Below, in pieces: positions 55,301 through 64,000 of a DNA stretch of 64,000 nt (the stretch's first letter is position 1; each line of letters opens with the position of its first letter). The translations under genes and the position numbers were made by a program. Source of the DNA: Eledone cirrhosa (lineage: Eukaryota); the NCBI GenBank assembly GCA_964016885.1, contig OZ024741.1, forward strand, positions 5,022,001 through 5,086,000. The letters are read 5' to 3'. The notes under the pieces were generated by a model. The model saw only the letters and a program-made list of their open reading frames with translations. It did no database searches and was not told the DNA's origin.

Positions 55301-58300
55301 ATTATAGTGTTTAGTGAATGTTAGAACTGTTTAGAAGGTGGGGGTATGTTGAAACTGGAGAGTTAGCCCTAAATTATAGTGTTTAGTGAATGTTAAAACT
55401 GTTTAGAACGTGGGGTATGTTGAAACTGGACAGTTAAGCCTAAATCAGTGTTTAGTGAATGTTAGAACTGTTTAGAAGGTGGGGGTATGTTGAAACTGGA
55501 GAGTTAGCCCTAAATTATAGTGTTTAGTGAATGTTAGAACTGTTTAGAAGGTGGGGGATATGCTGAATCTGGAGAGTTAGCCGTAAATGATAGTGTTTAG
55601 TGAATGTTAGAACTGTTTAGAAGGAGGGGTATGTTGAAACTGGAGAGTTAGCCCTAAATGATAGTGTTTAGTGAATGTTAGAACTGTTTAGAAGGTGGAG
55701 GGTATATTGAAACTGGACAGTTAACCCTAAATTATAGTATTTAGTGATTGTTAGAACCGTTTAGAAGGTGGGGGGGTATGTTGAAAATGGGCAGTTAACC
55801 CTAAATTATAGTGTTTAGTGAATGTTAGAACCGTTTAGAAGGTGGGGGGTATGTTGAAACTGGAGAGTTAGCCCTAAATGATAGTGTTTAATGAATGTTA
55901 GAACTGTTTAGAAGGTGGGTGGGGGGTATGTTGAAACTGGACAGTTAACCCTAAATTAGTGTTTAGTGAACGTTAGAACGGTTTAGAAAGTGGGAGTTGT
56001 GTTGAAACTGAACAGTTAAGCCTAAATTACAGTGTTTAGTGAATGTTAGAACTGTTTAGAAGGTGGAGGGTATGTTGAAACTTGAGAGTTAGCCCTAAAT
56101 TATAGTGTTTAGTGAATATTAACACTGTTTAGGTGGGGCGTATGTTGAATCTGGAAAGTTAATCCTAAATTAGTGGTTAGTGAATGGTAAAATTGTTTAG
56201 AAGGTGGGGTATGTTGAAACTGGAGAGTCAACCCTAAATTATGGTGTTTAGTGAATGTCTGAACTGTTTAGGTGGGGGTATGTTGAAACTGGAGAGTTAG
56301 CCCTAAATTATAGTGTTTAGTGAATGTTAGAACTGTTTAGAAGGTGGGGGGTATGTTGAATCTGGAGAGTTAGGCCTAAATTATTGTGTTTAGTGAATGT
56401 TAGAACTGTTTAGAAGGTGGAGGGTATGTTGAAACTGGAGAGTTAGCCCTAAATGATAGTGTTTAGTGAATGTTAGAACTGTTTAGAAGGTGGGGGTATG
56501 TTGAAACTGGACAGTTAACCCTAAATTATAGTGTTTGGTGAATATTAAACTGTTTAGAAGGTGGGGGTATGTTGAAACTGGACAGTTATCCTTAAATTAT
56601 AGTGTTTAGTGAATGTGAGACTGTTTAGAAGTTGGGTGGAGGGTATGTTGAAACTGGACAGTTAACCCTAAATTATAGTGTTTAGTGAATGTTAGAACCG
56701 TTTAGAAGGTGCGGGGTATGCTGAATCTGGAGAGTTAGCCCTAAATTATAGTGTTTAGTGAATGTTACAACTGTTTAGAAGGTGGGGTATGTTGAAACTG
56801 GAGAGTTAACCCTAAATTATAGTGTTTAGTTAATTTTAGAACTGTTTAGAAGGTGGGGGTATGTTGAATCTGGAGTTAGCCCTAAATTATAGTGTTTAGT
56901 GAGGTTAGAACTGTTTAGAAGGTGGAGGGTAGGTTGAAACTGGAGAGTTAGCCCTAAATTATAGTGTTTAGTGAATATTAAAACTGTTTAGGTGGGGGTA
57001 TGTTGAAACTGGAGAGTTAGCCCTAAATTATAGTGTTTAGTGAATGTTAGAACTGTTTAGAAGGTGGGGGTATGTTGAAACTGGAGAGTTAGCCCTAAAT
57101 TATAGTGTTTAGTGAATGTTTGATCTGTTTAGAAGGTGGGGGATATGCTGAATCTGGAGAGTTAGCCCTAAATTATAGTGTTTAGTGAATGTTAGAACTG
57201 TTTAGAAGGTGGGGGGTATGTTGAATCTGGAGAGTTAGCCCTAAATTATAGTGTTTAGTGAATGTTAGAACTGTTTAGAAGGTGGAGGGTATATTGAAAC
57301 TGGACAGTTAACCCTAAATTATAGTGTTTAGTGATTGTTAGAACCGTTTAGAAGGTGGGGGGGGGTATGTTGAAACTGGGCAGTTAACCCCAAATTATAG
57401 TGTTTAGTGAATGTTAGAACCGTTTAGAAGGTGGGGGGTATGTTGAAACTGGAGAGTTAGCCCTAAATGATAGTGTTTAATGAATGTTAGAACTGTTTAG
57501 AAGTGGGTGGGGGGTATGTTGAAACTGGACAGTTAACCCTAAATTATAGTGTTTAGTGAATGTTAGAACTGTTTAGAAGGTGGAGGGTATGTTGAAACTG
57601 GAGAATTAGCCCTAAATTATAGTGTTTAGTGAATGTTAAAACTGTTTAGAAGGTGGGGTATGTTGAAACTGGAGAGTTAACCCTAAATTATAGTTTTTAG
57701 TGAATGTTAGAACTGTTTAGAAGGTGGGGGGTATGTTGAAACTGGACAGTTAACCCTAAATTAAAGTGTTTTTTGAATGTTAGAACTGTTTAGAAGTCGG
57801 GTGGAGGGTATGTTGAAACTGGACAGTTGACCCTAAATTATAGTGTTTAGTGAATGTTAGAACTGTTTAGAAGGTGGAGGGTATGTTGAAACTGGACAGT
57901 TAACCCTAAATTATAGTGTTTAGTGAATGTTAGAACTGTTTAGAATGTGGGGGGTATGTTGAAACTGAAGAGATAGCCCTAAATTATAGTTTAGTGAATG
58001 TTAGAACTGTTTAGAAGGTGGGGGGTATGTTGAATCTGGAGAGTTAGCCCTAAATTATAGTGTTTAGTGAATGTTAGAACTGTTTAGAAGGTGGAGGGCA
58101 ATGTTGAAACTGGAGAGTTAGCCCTAAATTATAGTGTTTAGTGAATGTTAGAACTGTTTAGAAGGTGGGAGTATGTTGAAACTGGAGAGTTAGCCCTAAA
58201 TGATAGTGTTTAGTGAATGTTAGAACTGTTTAGAAGATGGGTGGGGGGTATGTTGAAACTGGACAGTTAGCCCTAAATTATAGTGTTTAGTGAATGTTAG

Positions 58301-59639
58301 AACCGTTTAGAAGGTGGGGGGTATGTTGAATCTGGAGAGTTATCCCTAAATTATAGTGTTTAGTGAATGTTAGAACTGTTTAGAAGGTGGAGGGTATGTT
58401 GAAACTGGAGAGTTAGCCCTAAATGATAGTGTTTAGTGAATGTTAGAACTGTTTAGAAGGAGGGGTATGTTGAAACTGGAGAGTTAGCCCTAAATGATAG
58501 TGTTTAGTGAATGTTAGAACTGTTTAGAAGGTAGGTGGGGGGTATGTTGAAACTGGACAGTTAACCCTAAATTAGTGTTTAGTGAACGTTAGAACGGTTT
58601 AGAAAGTGGGGGTTATGTTGAAACTGGACAGTTAAGCCTAAATTATAGTGTTTAGTGAATGTTAGAACGGTTTTGACAATGTGGGGGTTATGTTGAAACT
58701 GGACAGTTACCCCTAAATTATAGTGTTTAGTGAATGTTAGAACTGTTTAGAAGGTGGGGGTATGTTGAAACTGGACAGTTAACCCTAAATTATAGTGTTT
58801 GGTGAATATTAAACTGTTTAGAAGGTGGGGGTATGTTGAAACTGGACAGTTATCCTTAAATTATAGTGTTTAGTGAATGTGAGACTGTTTAGAAGTTGGG
58901 TGGAGGGTATGTTGAAACTGGACAGTTAACCCTAAATTATAGTGTTTAGTGAATGTTAGAACCGTTTAGAAGGTGCGGGGTATGCTGAATCTGGAGAGTT
59001 AGCCTTAAATTATAGTGTTTAGTGAATGTTAGAACTGTTTAGGTGGGGGTATGTTGAAACTGGACAGTTAACCCTAAATTATAGTGTTTAGTGATTGTTA
59101 GAACCGTTTAGAAGGTGGGGGGGTATGTTGAAACTGGGCAGTTACCCCTAAATTATAGTGTTTAGTGAATGTTAGAACCGTTTAGAAGGTGGGGGGTATG
59201 TTGAAACTGGAGAGTTAGCCCTAAATGATAGTGTTTAATGAATGTTAGAACTGTTTAGAAGGTGGGTGGGGTGTATGTTGAAACTGGACAGTTAACCCTA
59301 AATTAGTGTTTAGTGAACGTTAGAACGGTTTAGAAAGTGGGGGTTATGTTGAAACTGGACAGTTAACCCTAAATTATAGTGTTTAGTGAATGTTAGAACT
59401 GTTTAGAAGGTGGAGGGTATGTTGAAACTGGAGAATTAGCCCTAAATTATAGTGTTTAGTGAATGTTAAAACTGTTTAGAAGGTGGGGTATGTTGAAACT
59501 GGAGAGTTACCCCTAAATTATAGTTTTTAGTGAATGTTAGAACTGTTTAGAAGGTGGGGGGTATGTTGAAACTGGACAGTTAACCCTAAATTAAAGTGTT
59601 TTTTGAATGTTAGAACTGTTTAGAAGTCGGATGGAGGGT

Positions 59640-62600
59640 ATGTTGAAACTGGACAGTTGACCCTAAATTATAGTGTTTAGTGAATGTTAGAACTGTTTAG
59701 AAGGTGGAGGGTATGTTGAAACTGGACAGTTAACCCTAAATTATAGTGTTTAGTGAATGTTAGAACTGTTTAGAATGTGGGGGGTATGTTGAAACTGAAG
59801 AGATAGCCCTAAATTATAGTTTAGTGAATGTTAGAACTGTTTAGAAGGTGGGGGGTATGTTGAATCTGGAGAGTTAGCCCTAAATTATAGTGTTTAGTGA
59901 ATGTTAGAACTGTTTAGAAGGTGGAGGGCAATGTTGAAACTGGAGAGTTAGCCCTAAATTATAGTGTTTAGTGAATGTTAGAACTGTTTAGAAGGTGGGA
60001 GTATGTTGAAACTGGAGAGTTAGCCCTAAATGATAGTGTTTAGTGAATGTTAGAACTGTTTAGAAGATGGGGTATGTTGAAACTGGAGAGTTAGCCCTAA
60101 ATGATAGTGTTTAGTGAATGTTAGAACTGTTTAGAAGGTAGGTGGGGGGTATGTTGAAACTGGACAGTTAACCCTAAATTAGTGTTTAGTGAACGTTAGA
60201 ACGGTTTAGAAAGTGGGGGTTATGTTGAAACTGGACAGTTAAGCCTAAATTATAGTGTTTAGTGAATGTTAGAACGGTTTTGACAATGTGGGGGTTATGT
60301 TGAAACTGGACAGTTACCCCTAAATTATAGTGTTTAGTGAATGTTAGAACTGTTTAGAAGGTGGGGGTATGTTGAAACTGGACAGTTAACCCTAAATTAT
60401 AGTGTTTGGTGAATATTAAACTGTTTAGAAGGTGGGGTATGTTGAAACTGGACAGTTATCCTTAAATTATAGTGTTTAGTGAATGTGAGACTGTTTAGAA
60501 GTTGGGTGGAGGGTATGTTGAAACTGGACAGTTAACCCTAAATTATAGTGTTTAGTGAATGTTAGAACCGTTTAGAAGGTGCGGGGTATGCTGAATCTGG
60601 AGAGTTAGCCTTAAATTATAGTGTTTAGTGAATGTTAGAACTGTTTAGGTGGGGGTATGTTGAAACTGGAGAGTTAGCCCTAAATTATAGTGTTTAGTGA
60701 ATGTTACAACTGTTTAGAAGGTGGGGTATGTTGAAACTGGAGAGTTAACCCTAAATTATAGTGTTTAGTTAATTTTAGAACTGTTTAGAAGGTGGGGGTA
60801 TGTTGAATCTGGAGTTAGCCCTAAATTATAGTGTTTAGTCAGGTTAGAACTGTTTAGAAGGTGGAGGGTAGGTTGAAACTGGAGAGTTAGCACTAAATTA
60901 TAGTGTTTAGTGAATATTAAAACTGTTTAGGTGGGGGTATGTTGAGACTGGAGAGTTAGCCCTAAATTATAGTGTTTAGTGAATGTTAGAACTGTTTAGA
61001 AGGTGGGGGGTATGTTGAATCTGGAGAGTTAGCCCTAAATTATAGTGTTTAGTGAATGTTAGAACTGTTTAGAAGGTGGAGGGTATATTGAAACTGGACA
61101 GTTAACCCTAAATTATAGTGTTTAGTGATTGTTAGAACCGTTTAGAAGGTGGGGGGGGGGTATGTTGAAACTGGGCAGTTAACCCCAAATTATAGTGTTT
61201 AGTGAATGTTAGAACCGTTTAGAAGGTGGGGGGTATGTTGAAACTGGAGAGTTAGCCCTAAATGATAGTGTTTAATGAATGTTAGAACTGTTTAGAAGTG
61301 GGTGGGGGGTATGTTGAAACTGGACAGTTAACCCTAAATTATAGTGTTTAGTGAATGTTAGAACGGTTTAGAAAGTGGGGGTTATGTTGAAACTGGACAG
61401 TTAACCCTAAATTATAGTGTTTAGTGAATGTTAGAACTGTTTAGAAGGTGGAGGGTATGTTGAAACTGGAGAATTAGCCCTAAATTATAGTGTTTAGTGA
61501 ATGTTAAAACTGTTTAGAAGGTGGGGTATGTTGAAACTGGAGAGTTAACCCTAAATTATAGTTTTTAGTGAATGTTAGAACTGTTTAGAAGGTGGGGGGT
61601 ATGTTGAAACTGGACAGTTAACCCTAAATTAGTGTTTTTTGAATGTTAGAACTGTTTAGAAGTCGGGTGGAGGGTATGTTGAAACTGGACAGTTGACCCT
61701 AAATTATAGTGTTTAGTGAATGTTAGAACTGTTTAGAAGGTGGAGGGTATGTTGAAACTGGACAGTTAACCCTAAATTATAGTGTTTAGTGAATGTTAGA
61801 ACTGTTTAGAATGTGGGGGGTATGTTGAAACTGAAGAGATAGCCCTAAATTATAGTTTAGTGAATGTTAGAACTGTTTAGAAGGTGGGGGGTATGTTGAA
61901 TCTGGAGAGTTAGCCCTAAATTATAGTGTTTAGTGAATGTTAGAACTGTTTAGAAGGTGGAGGGCAATGTTGAAACTGGAGAGTTAGCCCTAAATTATAG
62001 TGTTTAGTGAATGTTAGAACTGTTTAGAAGGTGGGAGTATGTTGAAACTGGAGAGTTAGCCCTAAATGATAGTGTTTAGTGAATGTTAGAACTGTTTAGA
62101 AGATGGGGTATGTTGAAACTGGAGAGTTAGCCCTAAATGATAGTGTTTAGTGAATGTTAGAACTGTTTAGAAGGTAGGTGGGGGGTATGTTGAAACTGGA
62201 CAGTTAACCCTAAATTAGTGTTTAGTGAACGTTAGAACGGTTTAGAAAGTGGGGGTTATGTTGAAACTGGACAGTTAAGCCTAAATTATAGTGTTTAGTG
62301 AATGTTAGAACGGTTTTGACAATGTGGGGGTTATGTTGAAACTGGACAGTTACCCCTAAATTATAGTGTTTAGTGAATGTTAGAACTGTTTAGAAGGTGG
62401 GGGTATGTTGAAACTGGACAGTTAACCCTAAATTATAGTGTTTGGTGAATATTAAACTGTTTAGAAGGTGGGGTATGTTGAAACTGGACAGTTATCCTTA
62501 AATTATAGTGTTTAGTGAATGTGAGACTGTTTAGAAGTTGGGTGGAGGGTATGTTGAAACTGGACAGTTAACCCTAAATTATAGTGTTTAGTGAATGTTA

Positions 62601-64000
62601 GAACCGTTTAGAAGGTGCGGGGTATGCTGAATCTGGAGAGTTAGCCTTAAATTATAGTGTTTAGTGAATGTTAGAACTGTTTAGGTGGGGGTATGTTGAA
62701 ACTGGAGAGTTAGCCCTAAATTATAGTGTTTAGTGAATGTTACAACTGTTTAGAAGGTGGGGTATGTTGAAACTGGAGAGTTAACCCTAAATTATAGTGT
62801 TTAGTTAATTTTAGAACTGTTTAGAAGGTGGGGGTATGTTGAATCTGGAGTTAGCCCTAAATTATAGTGTTTAGTCAGGTTAGAACTGTTTAGAAGGTGG
62901 AGGGTAGGTTGAAACTGGAGAGTTAGCCCTAAATTATAGTGTTTAGTGAATATTAAAACTGTTTAGGTGGGGGTATGTTGAGACTGGAGAGTTAGCCCTA
63001 AATTATAGTGTTTAGTGAATGTTAGAACTGTTTAGAAGGTGTGGGGTATGTTGAATCTGGAGAGTTAGCCCTAAATTATAGTGTTTAGTGAATGTTAGAA
63101 CTGTTTAGAAGGTGGAGGGTATATTGAAACTGGACAGTTAACCCTAAATTATAGTGTTTAGTGATTGTTAGAACCGTTTAGAAGGTGGGGGGGTATGTTG
63201 AAACTGGGCAGTTAACCCCAAATTATAGTGTTTAGTGAATGTTAGAACCGTTTAGAAGGTGGGGGGTATGTTGAAACTGGAGAGTTAGCCCTAAATGATA
63301 GTGTTTAATGAATGTTAGAACTGTTTAGAAGTGGGTGGGGGGTATGTTGAAACTGGACAGTTAACCCTAAATTATAGTGTTTAGTGAATGTTAGAACGGT
63401 TTAGAAAGTGGGGGTTATGTTGAAACTGGACAGTTAACCCTAAATTATAGTGTTTAGTGAATGTTAGAACTGTTTAGAAGGTGGAGGGTATGTTGAAACT
63501 GGAGAATTAGCCCTAAATTATAGTGTTTAGTGAATGTTAAAACTGTTTAGAAGGTGGGGTATGTTGAAACTGGAGAGTTAACCCTAAATTATAGTTTTTA
63601 GTGAATGTTAGAACTGTTTAGAAGGTGGGGGGTATGTTGAAACTGGACAGTTAACCCTAAATTAGTGTTTTTTGAATGTTAGAACTGTTTAGAAGTCGGG
63701 TGGAGGGTATGTTGAAACTGGACAGTTGACCCTAAATTATAGTGTTTAGTGAATGTTAGAACTGTTTAGAAGGTGGAGGGTATGTTGAAACTGGACAGTT
63801 AACCCTAAATTATAGTGTTTAGTGAATGTTAGAACTGTTTAGAATGTGGGGGGTATGTTGAAACTGAAGAGATAGCCCTAAATTATAGTTTAGTGAATGT
63901 TAGAACTGTTTAGAAGGTGGGGGGTATGTTGAATCTGGAGAGTTAGCCCTAAATTATAGTGTTTAGTGAATGTTAGAACTGTTTAGAAGGTGGAGGGTAT
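59640..64000. repeat. 2036-bp (28-monomer) higher-order repeat, just over two copies to window end
   Basis: AGATGGGGTA 60065/62101, TTTAGTCAGG (C at 60840/62876) and GTTGAGACTG 60941/62977; all offsets are 2036. Confidence 0.88.

Larger units (their letters stand above)
341..64000. repeat. Tandem satellite array, ~72-bp monomer, ~870-890 copies, single orientation, continues past window end
   Basis: The unit TATGTTGAAACTGGA(G/C)AGTTA(G/A)CCCTAAATTATAGTGTTTAGTGAATGTTAGAACTGTTTAGAAGGTG(n) recurs every ~72 nt from GTTAGAATTGTTTAGG at 341 to the end. No insertion or inversion was noticed. Consensus composition is G22 C5 A21 T24 (~37% GC), with no CpG. Confidence 0.99.

Noticed and set aside
341-64000. 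CRISPR array or repeat-spacer system
   Set aside because: There are no unique spacers. The whole ~72 bp repeats, with only point variants and G-run length changes, and no cas-like ORF is present.
341-64000. Repetitive protein-coding gene (72 bp = 24 codons)
   Set aside because: The consensus has stops in all six frames, and 1-2 bp indels are frequent.
341-64000. True telomere or interstitial telomeric tract
   Set aside because: There is only one CCCTAAA/TAACCC per monomer and never tandem units. The telomere-like motif also lies on the G-poor strand.
341-64000. Tandem tRNA or 5S gene cluster (tRNA-sized monomer)
   Set aside because: No cloverleaf, too few C for stems, and no GTTCRA B-box.
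341-64000. Canonical three-tetrad G-quadruplex in every monomer
   Set aside because: Most monomers have only one or two G3+ runs, separated by ~65 nt from the next, so the G3N1-7 x4 pattern is not met.
341-64000. Assignment to a named satellite family, centromere or species
   Set aside because: I do not recognise the monomer. This needs BLAST/Dfam/Repbase searches and chromatin data.

Overview
Almost the whole window (about 341-64000, running off the right edge) is one uninterrupted head-to-tail satellite array. The monomer is ~72 bp (mostly 68-78 bp), consensus TATGTTGAAACTGGA(G/C)AGTTA(G/A)CCCTAAATTATAGTGTTTAGTGAATGTTAGAACTGTTTAGAAGGTGGGGG, with roughly 870-890 copies (estimated from length). 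It is preceded by ~340 bp of AT-rich unique flank. I found no long CDS, RNA gene, transposon or CRISPR array; the consensus has stops in all six frames. The DNA looks eukaryotic, but I cannot identify the organism or satellite family. The interest is in the internal structure: nested higher-order duplications (426, ~1459, 1948, 2036, 3364, 4138, ~6487 bp), outer zones that share variants across a distinct middle zone, two co-varying monomer types of which one carries a telomere-protein half-site, 10-bp-phased TTAG motifs, a quasi-palindrome, and splice-signal-like motifs. All offsets were measured by eye from diagnostic variants. I see no protein-based novel system, and the functional ideas below are hypotheses.
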